This document shows positions 1 through 16,799 of a DNA stretch of 64,000 bases, piece after piece; position 1 is the first letter of the stretch, and each line of letters opens with the position of its first letter. The notes under the pieces were generated by a model. That model made no database searches, was not told the origin of the DNA, and saw only the letters and a program-made list of their open reading frames with translations. The DNA lies in the NCBI RefSeq assembly GCF_009914755.1, contig NC_060945.1; one strand, written 5' to 3'. Origin of the DNA: the human T2T-CHM13v2.0 reference genome, Homo sapiens. The position numbers were made by a program, and so were the translations under genes.

Positions 1-556
1 TTAAAAGCTGATAGAGCCAGCGCCCTTATGCAAAGGCTGGACTGTAAAAGACGTCCCCTGAGAGTTTTGCCCAGGCCTCTCCAGGGCCTTGAAGCATGAC
101 AAGATAATGAAGGAATTCTTAACAGGACCTGTTTAGGATTAAACAAGTTTTACTGGGGTCTGAAGAAACTCCCCAGACCTCCACAAACAAGCTTCCTTGG
201 AAACTAAAGGAGCTCCCTCAACCTCCGTGATTTAGCAGAGGGCAAGATAAGGGTGATCACCCCAGCACCTGGACCCAGTTAGATTCAGTAAATCCACTGA
301 GGCTCCAGAGGAAGGTCTTCAGGACTCAGGCCTTAGTGATAGATGAGAAGTTCATCACTTATGTCTTTGGATGAGTGCACACTTACACGCAGACACAGAG
401 CTTAGAAGGCACACAAGCTCTGGAAAACGTTGGTCTGGCGATAATTTCCAGGCCTTCTCCCTGTAACCGGTTAACTCACTCCTCTCCCAGTTCATCTGCG
501 TCTCGTTACTGGGCCGAGAGAACAAGCAGCCCCACCCTCGGTTTGGTCTGGGAACA
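1..556. mobile_element. ERV1-class LTR, truncated by the window start
   Basis: LTR-like composition ending in GGGAACA; subfamily not determined. Confidence 0.55.
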
Positions 557-1088
557 GCACCCAGCAGCTGAGCAGGCAAAAGCTCGGATTATCTTTAGCT
601 GGTTTTGGAATTGGCTTATACCAGCCTTTTGCCCCTTCTCTAAGTTCTGGGACAGTTTGTCTAAGTTAAGCTTGAGCAGTTCCTTGAGTTTGGCAGAGTC
701 TACCTGGGAAGCCTGGGGCAGGCGCGCGCTGGCCTCTTCCGGGGTCAGCTCTGGCATTTTATTTTTTCTTGAAACGATCTGGGAATTCAAACTTTCTGAA
801 TGCAGCTGCTCATAACGTTCTTGTGATTTCTTTGATCCCTCTGTCTGCAGTTATTTCTGTATTTTCAGTCTCTATTTTTATTTATATTTTCCTCTTTTTT
901 TGCTCAATATTGTCAAAATCAATATATCTTTTCAAAGTATGATCCTTGGTTTTTGCTACTCATATTATTTTATTGTTCTCTATTTCATTGATTTCTGCCA
1001 GTATCTTTGTCATTTCCCTTTTTCTTATTACTTTGGGATCATTTTGTTACATTGCTGTTTTTTCCAATTATTTCATTTGTATGATTAG

Positions 1089-1950
<862 letters not shown>

Positions 1951-2721
1951 TATTGAAAATGTATTTATGACTGTATATTTCTAGGTACTCTTAACTGTGT
2001 CCTGTGACTTTTGACATACGGTATTATCATTATTATTCAATTCTAAAGAGGTTTTTCATTCCCTCAAGAGTTCTACTTACCCAAAGGTTACTAGTAAAAT
2101 GTTATTAAATATCCAAACACATGAGATTCTCTCAGGTATCCTTTGAATATTCATTTCCAAATGTTTTGCATCATGGTACGAATTCATAATCTCCATGACA
2201 CGGATCCTTTGGGGTTTACTGAGGCATCTTTTATGACCTAATCCAATGGTCTCTTTTTGTAAGTCTTCCACGTCTGCTTGAGTAGAAGTGTATTCTCTGC
2301 CTGCCACCCGCTCTATGTGGATCTAATAGCTGGTGACTGCGTTGTCAAGTCTTGAACAGCTTTGATGCTTTTTGTCTGATGTGATCTATGTAGAAGGCAG
2401 AATCACGGCCCCCAAAAGATGTGCAAATCCTAAACCCCAGAACCCATGAATACATCATATTCCATAGCAAGGGGGTATTAATGTTGCCAATTAATTAAGG
2501 TTTCTACTCAGTTGACATGAAAATAAAGAGGTAACTCTGGCTTATCCAGGTGGGTGCAATTTAATTACAAACGCTTAAATGGGGAGGTCAGGGGCAGAGG
2601 GATGATGTCACAAACACACCCATGTGTGCTTGGTGCAAAACAGTAAAACAAACAGCAAGAAGGTCCATGAAGGAAAGATCGCCTCTGTCAGTGGGAGTAA
2701 TGAGAGTGGCTGATGGACAGG

Positions 2722-3138
2722 TGTGTTAGGCTGTTTGCACTGCTATAAAGAAATACCTGGGGTTGGGTAATTTATAAAGAAAAGAGGTTTATTTGGCTCA
2801 CGGTTTTGTAGGCTGCACAAGCATGGCCCCAGTGTCTGCTTCTGGGGAAGCCTTGGGAAGTGATAGTCATTGCAGAAAGTGGCCATGGAAGCAGGCACAT
2901 CCCATGGCAAGAGCAGGAGCAAGGGACAGAGTGGGCAGAGGAGCCAGGCTCCTTTAAACAACCAGCTCTCATGGGAACTAACTGAGTGAGAACGTGCTCA
3001 TTGCCAAGAAGATGGCTCTAGGCTATTCATGAGACATCCACCCCGTGATCCAATACCTCCCCCCGGGGCCCACCTGCAACACTGTGAAACACATTTTCAC
3101 ATGAGATTTGGAGGAGACAAAACCTCCAAACCATATCA
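2722..3138 (-). mobile_element. MaLR solo LTR (MST type)
   Basis: TGTGTTAGGCTGTTTGCACTGCTATAAAGAAATACC...CCAAACCATATCA. Confidence 0.85.
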
Positions 3139-3791
3139 AGTGGCACACTCACAAGAAAACGTGTCAGTGGCCAAGACGATTTGCAATGAGGACTGGATGA
3201 GGCTGGGACCCAACTCTCTGTCTCTGACATTCCTGCTCATCTCATGGACAGAGGCACTGATTGTTCTAGACCATCTTTCCAAGGGTGTTGTTTTGTGACA
3301 GCCTTGATAATATGTCCTTCCAGATCAAAGGGCAGGTTGCTTACACCCTAATCCTGAAGGTAAAGACGTTTTCTCCCTCCAAAGCAAAGAGCAGGCATGC
3401 TTACTGTCCATTATAAAAGATTCACGTTCCCTGAGCTCAGGGTTCCTCTCCTGCAGTGCAGTCCACGGTGTGTGCAGATGCCACTGGGCCCACTCTGTGT
3501 CACTGTTTGGGAAACGGGGCTCGGAAACTGGTGTGAAAAGTATGCTGATACTCTGTTAGAAAAAAATGCCAACATTCTGGCTACTGATATTGCTGTGAGT
3601 AATAAAGTACTTCATCCTTGAAAAACCAAAAGGCCCAGTTAAGATAAGGTGGACAGAAAAACACCTAAACAAAGGTAAGGCTTGCTATGGAGAGTCAAGC
3701 CAACACTGCCTCCAGTGTAAGAGTTTCTAGTGACTTCGTTCCCCTTCTTTTCCCAATGCAAAGACAGAGATGCCCTTTAAATGGAGGTTTC

Positions 3792-4096
3792 AGCTGGGCG
3801 GTGGCTCACTCCTGTAATCCCAGCACTTTGAGAGGCTGAGGCAGGCAGATCACTTGAGTTCAGGAGTTGGAGACCAGCCTGGGCAACATAGTGAGAGCCC
3901 ATCTCTACAAAAAATACAAACATTAGCCAGGCGTGGTGTTGCATACCTGTAGCCCGAGCTACTTGGGAGGCTGAGGTGGGAGTATTGATTGACTCCAAGA
4001 ATTCAAGCTGCAGTCATCTGCAATCACACCACTGCACTCCAGCCTGGGTGACAGAGTGAGACCCTGTCTCCAAAAACAAAAACAAAAGAAAAGAAA
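3792..4096 (+). mobile_element. Alu (J-like)
   Basis: Dimeric Alu with A-rich tail. Confidence 0.9.
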
Positions 4097-5079
4097 TGAA
4101 GTTTCATTTATTGATGTAAATTGTTCTTACAAAGCATTTCAAAATAACCAGCTGAAAACAGTCCTATGCCAGAAGGCATCTTTGAGAAGCTAAGTTGGCT
4201 GCATCACCACTTTTCCAACCCAGCTCGAGGTTTTGGCTTGATCACTGAGTTAGGGCGGAGCCCACTGCAGAATGGGGCAAGCATTTCCTGGACTCAGCAC
4301 GCTCGCTTCCAATCTTGCCTTATAGTCAGAGACTGGTTCATTTTTTATTTTTGTTTGTTTTCAAGATTGAATAACAGATCAGCCAGGGCTTTTTTCACAA
4401 GCAAAAAAAAAAGGGAGTTTGGGGGCATAGTACAGATCACAACGAGACAGAGCTGGACAGAGTGGGAGAGCACAGAGTCAGCAGGAGCTGGAGAAGAATT
4501 TCGTTGACCAAGAGATTCCCATGGGAGAAGCAGGACCAAATAGAGAAAACAGAAAGGACTAATTCTTAAAAAATGTGTTTTTGAAAATTTCCAAGTGTCG
4601 TTTGGACAGATTCAGATACAGGAAACTTTTGAACTTCATTTGAAAGTCCAGTATTTGAAATTGGACTACTTCTGTGTCCACCACAGAAGTATTCTTTTTC
4701 CTCTTAAGAATTAGTGAATGACTGTCTGGAACTCAAGCCCATGAGAGCTTCCTCTACTGGGAAAACAGACTCAGCCAGAGGGAGTGGGCCCATCAGATGG
4801 CTCGTACAAAAGTGGACAATTTCTTTTCCAATGGTCAGAATGGATTTGTTACAATGCCGAGAAAAGTGATGTTAGAGTGAAGTCTGTCAAAACCATCACC
4901 CTAGGAGAGCATCATAACACTTTCCCAAAAAGTAAAAATTCATAACTCCAGGGAAGAAAAATGAGAATCACTCATTTTTCTACCATCCAAAGATAACCAG
5001 TGCTGATACTTTGTTAAATTTCCTTTCTGGGGGTCCTTTTCTGTTTTTTTGTTCTGTTTCATTCTGACAAAACAAAACA

Positions 5080-5950
5080 AAACACTACCTCACACCCTAT
5101 ACCAAAAAAAAGTCAATTCCAGATGGATTTTAGATCTGCATGTCAAAAGTAAGACAATGATCTTCTAGAAGTAAACATTGGAGAAGAGCTTCCAGAGCTT
5201 GCAGTGGGCAAAGAGTGATACCGAGGTCACAAAACCACTAACCATAAACGAAGTTGATAAACAACTATAAAATAAAGAACTAGAAAGACAAAATATTCAC
5301 AGTACACTTGTCTGACACAGAGCCTCATTCTAGAACGTGCAAATAAGAAGACAGCCCAAGAGACCAATGAGAAAAAGACTTGCTCAGACTCTTCAGAAGA
5401 CATGAGAAATCAGTGGGCAACAAGCATACACAAAGGTGTTCGACCTCATTACCAACAAACATGCAAATTTAAACCACAGCGTGGAACTGCTGCCTGGCCG
5501 ACAGACAGCTGAAATGAAACAGGCAGAGATGGCCTGTGGACAGAGGATGTGGAGCAAATAGAACTTCCAGTGATGGCTGCTGGAAGTGAATAGCTCCTCT
5601 GGAAGATGAGTGGTGTCTCCTGAAGCTGAGTATCTGCGTGTCTGTGACCTTGTAGTTTCTACTTCCAGATGTGGTCAAGAGAACTGTGAATGTGTGTGCA
5701 CCAGAAACATCCACTGGGACATTCATAGCACCCTTCTCATGACATCTCCACTCCACAGGCCACCCAAAATGAGTGAGAGAGTAAAATGTGGAGTGTCTGC
5801 GCACTGGGATGCTCCACAGCAATGGGAATGAACAGCCTGCTCAGACACACATCAACTTGGGTTGCCTCAGGGACCTTACGCCAAGCAGGAGATGCCAGAC
5901 ACAGAGTCCATCCTGAGAGAGTCTGTTCCTGTCCAAGCTCAGAAACACAG
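5080..5950 (+). mobile_element. Ancient L1 3' fragment
   Basis: Degenerate L1 ORF2/3' motifs (ACCTCACACCCTATACC, ATGCAAATTTAAACCACA); boundaries approximate. Confidence 0.65.
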
Positions 5951-6554
5951 GAAGCCACCTGTGCTGTAGCAGCACGCGGAGATGCATCCTTTCTGGTTCA
6001 CCCCACGGCCCTCATTGCAGTCAGGGATCCTCTCCCAGAAAGTCCCTGCTGCCAGCCCCTGCCCTTCCAGGGTGCACTCTGGACGTTGCTTCCGTGACTG
6101 GTCTCAACACCTCTCTCCACTGCTCAGGCAGCGGCCTTGGCTCTGGGAGCCTGGAATGTGCAGGAACCAGCTGGCCTTGGAGTGCTGCAGACTCCAAGGT
6201 GCGTCACCTGCAGTTCTGATCCCTGTTCTGGATGCAACCCAGGACCCTGCCCTTGCCAAGCATCCCAGGAACACTGGCACTGATGGCTGAGGCTACATCC
6301 AAGACAGACGGTGAGGAAGGCCCCAAGGAAAGGGCCGTGTGGGACACATTGTCCTTCCCAAGATGATGAGTCTGAGCCTGGCAGGGGAGGCACTGGGAGG
6401 GCCTGTTGTGGGCAGTTCATTCAATGGACACAGGGTGGCACCGCTCTGTGTCCTCTAATGACCATTAGACACCTCTAACCATCACATGATGTGCAGCTCA
6501 GCTTTTCCAAGGGCCTGGAAGTGAATATTTCAGGAGATAACGTGAATAACCCAC

Positions 6555-9023
6555 TGTATTCATCTGTTCTCAGGCTGCTAATAAAGACATACCCGAGACT
6601 GGGTAATTTATAACAGAAAAGAGGTTTAATGGACTCACAGTTCCACATGGCTGTGAGGCCTCACAATCATGGCAGAAGGCAAAGGTGGAGCAAAGGCACA
6701 TCTTACATGGTGGCAGGCAAGAGAACCTGTGCAGAGGAACTGCCCTTTATAAAACCATCAGATCTTATGAGACTTATGCACTATCACGAGAACCATACTG
6801 GAAACACTCACCCCCCATAATTCAATTACCTCCCACTGAGTCACTCCCACAACGTGGGGATTATGGGAGATACAATTCAAGATGAGATTTGGGTGGGGAC
6901 ACAGCCAAACTATATCATTCCACTCCTGACCCTGCTCACATCCTCACATTTCAAAGCCAATCATGCCTTCCCATCAGTCTCCCAAAGTCTTAACTTATTT
7001 CAGCATTAACTTAAAAGTCCACAGTCCAAAGTCTCATCTGAGACAAAGCAAGTCCAAAATCTATTAGGGCAGTCATTAAACCTTAAAATTCCAAAATAAT
7101 CTCCTTTGACTCCATTTCTCACATCCAGGTCATGCTGATGAAAGAGGTGGGTTTCCATGGTCTTGCGCAGCTCCAACCCTGTGGCTTTGCAGGGTACAGC
7201 CTCCCTCCTGGCTGCTTTCATGGGCTGGCATTGAGTGTCTGTGACTTTTCCAGGTTCATGGTGCAAGCTGTCAGTGGATCTACCATTCTGGGGTCTGGAG
7301 GATGATGGCCCTCTTCTCACACTAGGCAGTGCCCCAGTGGGGACTCTGTGTGGGGGCTCTGACCCCACATTTCCCTTCCACACTGCCCAAGCAGAGGTTC
7401 TGCATGAGGGCTCTGCCGCTGCAGCACTCCTCTGCCTGGACATCTAGGCATTTCCATACGTCCTCTGAAATGTAGGCAGAGGTTCCCAAACCTTAATTCT
7501 TGTCTCCCGTGCACCCAACACCATGTGGAAGCTGCCAAGGCTGGGGGCTTGCACCCTCTGAAGCAATGGCCTGAGCTGTACCTTGTCCCCTTTTAGCCAT
7601 GGCTGGAGTTGAAGCAGCTGGGACCCAGGGCAACATGTCCCAAGGCTGCACACTGCAGGGGAGCCCTGGGCCCAGTCCATGAATGCATTTTTCCCTCCTA
7701 GGCCTCTGGGCCTGTGATGGGAGGGGCTACCACAAAGGTCTCTGACATGCCCTGGAGATATTCTCCCCATTGTCTTGGCGATTAACATTTGGCTCCTCAT
7801 TACTTATGCAAATTTCTGCAGCTGGCTTGAATTTTTCCCCAGAAAATGGGTTTTTCTTTTCTACCATAGTCAGGCTGTAAATTTTCCAAACTTTAATGCT
7901 CTGTCATCTCTCAAACACTTTGCTGCTTAGAAAATTCTTCTGCCAAATACCCTAAATCATCTCTCTTAAGTTCAAAGTTCCACAGACCTCTAGAGCAGCA
8001 GCAAAGTGCCGCCAGTCTCTTTGCTAAAGCACAGCAAGAGTTGCCTTTGCTCCAGTTCCCGATAAGTTCCTCATCTCATCTCCATCTGAGACCACCACAG
8101 CCTGGAGACCACCTTATTGTCCATGTCAGTGTCAGCATTTTGGTCAAAGCCATTCAACAAGTCACCAGGAAGTTCCTAACTTTCCCACATTTTCCTGTCT
8201 TCTTCTGAGCCCTCCAAACTGTTCCAACCTCTGCCTGTAACCCAGTTCCAAAGTCACTTCCACATTTTTGGGTATCCTTACAGCAGCACCCCCCTCTCTG
8301 CAGTACCAATTTACTGTATTAGTCCATTCCTATGCTGCTAATAAAGACATACCCGAGACTGGGTAATTTATAACAGAAAAGAGGTTTAATGGACTCACTG
8401 TTCCACATGGCTGGGGAGGCCTCACAATCATGGCAGAAGGCAAAGGAGGAGCAAAGGCACATCTTACATGGTGGCAGGTAGGAGAGCCTGTGCAGAGGAA
8501 CTGCCCTTTATAAAACCATCAGATCTCATGAGACTTATTCACTATTGATGCAGGACTTTGCTCCTAGTTCAGCTAAATCTGGGTTCTTGTGTCATGACCA
8601 GGACAAGTTAGGCATGCAGACGTATTGAAGGGTGAGGGGAATGGAATTTATTGGGCAAAAACAAAAAAAGGAAAAAAACTCTCAGCAAAGCAGGAGGGGA
8701 TCCTTCCAGGAGGCTCCCATCTTGCAGATTGAGTTCCAGGCCACCACACAGGAGCTGAAGAGGCCAGGCTCCTCCCTCTTGCACAAGATGTGAATTTCCT
8801 GTGGCTCCACCCCATTCTCCCAGTGCACAGGCAGATTGGAGATTCTCCGGGGACCCTCCCCATTATCTGCCTCCTGTGTCTATCACTATCACGGTAACAG
8901 CACAGGAAAAATCCGCCCTCATGATTCAATTACCTCCCACTGGGTCCTTCCCACAATACATGAGAATTGTGGGAGCAACAATTCAAGATGAGATTTGGGT
9001 GGGGACACAGCCCAACCATATCA
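6555..9023 (-). mobile_element. Full-length THE1 MaLR provirus (LTR-internal-LTR)
   Basis: Two similar LTRs (6555 to about 6916, and about 8315 to 9023); 5-bp TSD CCCAC at 6550-6554 and 9024-9028. Confidence 0.92.
8546..8885. mobile_element. ERV1-class solo LTR nested in a THE1 LTR
   Basis: TG...CA ends; 4-bp TSD CTAT at 8542-8545 and 8886-8889. Confidence 0.85.
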
Positions 9024-9784
9024 CCCACTTCCTGTGGCACTTTGTGTCTTCCACTTGATTTTCTCAACCATCCACCAGAATAGACACTGCATCCCCATTT
9101 TACAGGTGGGTAAACTGTGGCCCAGAGACACCACAGCTTTCCTGGGGATTACACACAAGTATATACTGGAGCCAGGGCTAGAGGCCAGCCCTCTGACTTC
9201 ACTGACCTACTTTTCGTATACTTTTCATCAGAGGCTCTCCCTACAGGATAGTTTTACAAATGCTAATAAAGAAAGGTTGTTTTCCATTTAAATAATTTTC
9301 AACAGCTAAAACGCAGAGCTCTCCATTTAAAACAACAACAGAGGAGACTACTTAGGAATGTGTAACAAGAAATGTGCAAATCTTATATGAGAAAACCTTA
9401 AAACACTCTGGAAGACACGAGGATGAGGTCATTAAATGGATGGATGCCCTTGCTCTTGGATAGGATGACTCCACACCATTGAACGTTTTCCACACACACT
9501 TTATAAATGTAGTGCAATCCCAGTAAAAACACCAACTTTTCTATTGATGTAGACAAATAGATACTAAAATTCATATGGAAAAACAAACAAGCAAGAACAG
9601 CCAGGAAACAGAAAAAAACTCCCTACAAGGGGGCTGGTGGAGAAGCTGCAGCCTACATTAGCTCTGTGACGGAAACGGTGAGACACCAGTGCACAGAGAA
9701 CAGGCCAGTGGAGCAGAACAGAAAGCTCAGAATAAAACAGGGCACCAAGCACTTATGGAAATTTATGTTTCTAAATAAAGATGG

Positions 9785-12565
<2,781 letters not shown>

Positions 12566-12679
12566 GATGGCATCTCAAATAATTAAAGCAAAGTTGGACT
12601 TTTTAATAAATGGTGCTGGGACAACTCAGTAGCTATTTGGAAAAAGTTAAAATGGGTTCCATACTGTGGCATTAGATGG

Positions 12680-13445
12680 GTATATATTGGTGTTATGATA
12701 TATATAAATGGGTATATATTGGTGTTATCACATATATAAATGGGTTTTCATCCATGGTTCCTGGCTCATGCCTCCCCTACCCCTCGTTAGTCTTTTGTTA
12801 CAATGTCGGGTGTGTTGGGCCACAGGGGAGGCCTCTCACCTTCTCCTGTCCTTCACTCTAACGTCCCCACCTTGCTGACTGTGGGTCTTAAGACCCTCAC
12901 CTGAGAGGGTCCCACCCTAGACCCTGGGGAAAGGAGTGTTGATGTCATGAAGCTTCTATAAAAGCCCACGAGAACAGTGTTCAGTGAGCTTTTGGAGTTG
13001 AATACATGGAAGGTCCTGGAGGGTGCTGCCCGGGGAGGACATGGAAGCAACAAGCCCCTCCCCCTTCCCTCCCCCTCGGCCTCTTCATGCGTATCCTTTG
13101 CAACATCCTTTATAATAAGCTGGTAATGTACATAAGTGTTTCCCTGGGTTCTGTGAGCCACTCCAGCAAATTAATCAAACTCCAGCTGGAAGCTGGTTGG
13201 TCAGAGGCTCCAGAGGCCCACACTTGCCACTGGTGGGAAAGAGGGAGTGGTCTTGGGGACGGACCCCTTACACTGTAGGAGGTGAAACTAGCTCTGGGCA
13301 GGCAGCGTGGGAACTGAATTAGAGGTGCCCGCTGCCTGATGTGTGGGGAAACCTCTGCACATTTGGTTGCAGAAGTCTTCTTCCATGTTGACGGTTGTTG
13401 TGGTGTGAGAGCAGAGGAGAAACAGGGTTAGAGTTTCCCCCGCAC
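12680..13445. mobile_element. LTR element (MER21-like)
   Basis: LTR-like sequence interrupting L1 remnants; boundaries approximate. Confidence 0.55.
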
Positions 13446-13832
13446 ACACACCTCACACCATACACAAGAATACACCCCAGTGGATTTGGGATCTGAATGT
13501 AAAAAATGAAACAAGTACTAGAGGAAATACAGGTGAATTCCTCCATACCCTGAATATGAGGAAAGATTTTTCTAGGAATCAAAACAAAAGATTAATTTGA
13601 CTACATGAAAATAATAGCATTCTGCATGGCCCAAAACACCACAAAGGCAAAGGAAAATTGAGAGACGAGGAGAAGGTGTGTGCTGCACAATCACAGATGC
13701 ATAGCTAATATTCCATATATTAAAAAATTCAATATTTGAGGGGGAAAACATCAAAAACTCAACAGAAAAATGGGCAAAAGACATGAAACATGAATAGATC
13801 ATTTCTCCAAAAATGTATAAAAATGATCTTTA

Positions 13833-14163
<331 letters not shown>

Positions 14164-16799
14164 TCAACTTCATTTGGAATAAGAAATAAAAATTAGTTTC
14201 TGTTATGGAAGCCTCCCACGGTATGGCATTTCATTACAGCAGCCCCAGTACACTGAGGGATGGTAGCTGGAGGTCAATAGATGAATAACAAAATTAGACG
14301 GATGATAGACAGGGATATCATTGTCCGTCTTAAATTACCAGACTCAGAAAATATGATTAAGCATAGAGTTTACTGGAGCCCAGAGCTTAAGGACAGCCAC
14401 CTGGGAGCACAGGTTCAAGCTGCCCTAAATCGAAGCTCCCATTAGCAGCAGCCTCCGACTCCCGCCCGAGGGCCCCCAGCACTACTGTGGAATTCCGGCC
14501 GGAACACACAGCCTGGACCTGGTCATGAGAAACGGCCCCACAAGCCCAACTTGAGATGCATTTTACAGAATAAGTGGCTTAAACGTCTCAAAAACGTCAA
14601 GGTCAGGAAAGGTCAAATTAAAGGAGACAAAGAGGTAAGAGAATAATGTAACAGTGAGCCAGCACCATTCCTGCCTCTGCAAAGGGGAAGGTGAGGGGAT
14701 TGTTCCCATTATCAGGGGAAAGGGGTTCTCAGGAGACCTGGAGAAACGCCCAGGCGTAGCCTGGCCTGGGGCAACTGGAGCCGACCACTGCAGTGGGCTC
14801 TGGCAGGCACTGCGTCTCCCCCGAGGTCTCTGCTGAAAACAACGACCACGGAGGCCCTGATGCCTCCTACCTGGGCTGTGACCCTGGTCTAGGGCTCCTC
14901 GCACCTCCTGCACCCCACAGCCTCCGGGCCAGGCTCCAGCTCCCACCCAGTCCCTGCAGCCAAGGGAAGCCGCTGCCTGCAGGCCTGGAGGGCTCCCTGT
15001 TCCAGCTGCTCCCTCACTGGCCTCCGGCAGGGTCAGGACAGAGAGGGGGTGGCAAATCCACTGACCCCAGCGGAAGCCTCGCCAGAGTCTCCCAGGCACC
15101 GGTGGACCCAGGCATCTGGGGCCAGCGGGGAGGCCACGGAAAGGGGACAGTGCTGGCTCTGGGCCCCTCGGGGGACCGTCCTGCACTGGTGCCCATGGGC
15201 AGCAGAGGGCGCCCCTGACCATCCCTCCATGGCGTCCGCAGGAGCCTCACCAGCCTCAGGGTCCAGGGGCACCCACCCAGCTGTCAACCTAGCTGTCTGG
15301 AGTGAGCTTCAGTGGGAGGGGAGGAGGGGGCCTGCGATTGTGCAGGGACGAGGCTGGGGGAGCAGAGACTCCAGAAACCGTGTCCCACACCCCGCACTGC
15401 CCCTCACTGTGCAGCCCCAGCCTCCCTCCTAGAGCCCCCCAGCTGCTAGGCTGTGACAATTGCTTGTGTATCTGGACCCAGCAGGCTACAGGTCACTGTG
15501 ACCTTGGGGCCTGGGGTCCCAAAGCCAGGCTGCCTGCCCCCGTTTCCCCCACCGCCATCTCCAGAGCCACCATCACCAGTTCTGCCACCCTCGGCCCTCC
15601 CTGTCACTGCAGGGCAGCCCTGGACTCGCTCAGACCCTGAGTTCAGACCCTGGGGTGCAGAGGCTGATGGCCCGGCGCTGGCCTCCTGAGCCCTCCTCAC
15701 CCCTGGGCACTCACTGAGTACTGGGCCTGCTCTCCTGAGGGCAAAAGAGCACCCAACCCCTCCCCCAGCTCTGAAACAACCCTCAGATCCTGATGCTTTT
15801 GGGGTCACATGTTTGGGGAGGGAACTGGCAGTAGCCCAGGAGCCCTAGACCACGGAGGTCACCCTGCTGAACGCGAGGGTCTCTGCCTCCCAAGGGTGGG
15901 GACTCCAGAGGCCGGGCACCTGGGAGGGCCTTGCTCTGGGCCCTCCGGCCTGGCTGTGGCTGGCACCCTGGGACCCCAGACCCAGCCCAGAGCAGGGATG
16001 GCTGCATCTCGCTCCCAGTTTGTCCTGATCCCAGAGCCTCCAGCCACAGCTCCGTAAGGTGGGCACTGAGATGGCCCTGAGGCCTGGAGGCCCTGAACGG
16101 AGATGAGGTCTCTTTCCACAGACCAGCCGCGTTCCCACCGCACCCTCTCTTTGGGGTTTGATTGGCCCAGGGAGTGTGAGTGTTCCTGAGAAGCCCAGAT
16201 GTTACCCAGGCACTCGGCCCCAGGCTCTGTGACTCCCATGTGGGGACAATGGAAACCAGATGCTGGGAAGCTGGGCTGGGTGGGCGGGCCCCTGGCAGCT
16301 GTGTGCTGCGTCCATCTGGACTGGTCTCTGAGCCCCGGGCCTGTGGACCTCGGCCTCATGGGAGCCCCAGCTCTGTCACTGTTACTCCCTCCATCAGCTC
16401 CCACCGACAGAGTGGACATTCTCTTGACAACTTGAGAAAACGGAGCTTCTGGGAGCCTGTGTCCCGACCCGAGCTCAGGCAACTAGTGGGTGACAGAGCT
16501 GGGACCGCACCCAGTTCTGACTGCCCCAGCTTTCCTGGCACATCCAGCCTGGGGTATACCAGGCAGGATGCCAGCAGTTTCTCTGAGCCACGGTGTGGTC
16601 AGGCAGAGAGACGGAGGGTCTGAGTGGCCCCCTACAGATGCTGTGGTCCTGCGTGGAAACCCTCTGGGTGTCTGAGGAGTGGGGTGATGTGGGACTGTGA
16701 CCACCCATGTTCAGCTCCCTGCAGAGTGGCAAGGAGCCCCCCGCCCCCGTCTTTCTGGGACCCAGCCGGAGTGGGGGCTGCTGGTCTGTAAGGGATCCT

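Noticed and set aside
506-790. 94-aa minus-strand ORF with protein-like composition
   Set aside because: Faint resemblance to degraded L1 ORF2 and it runs into an LTR; not supportable as a gene.
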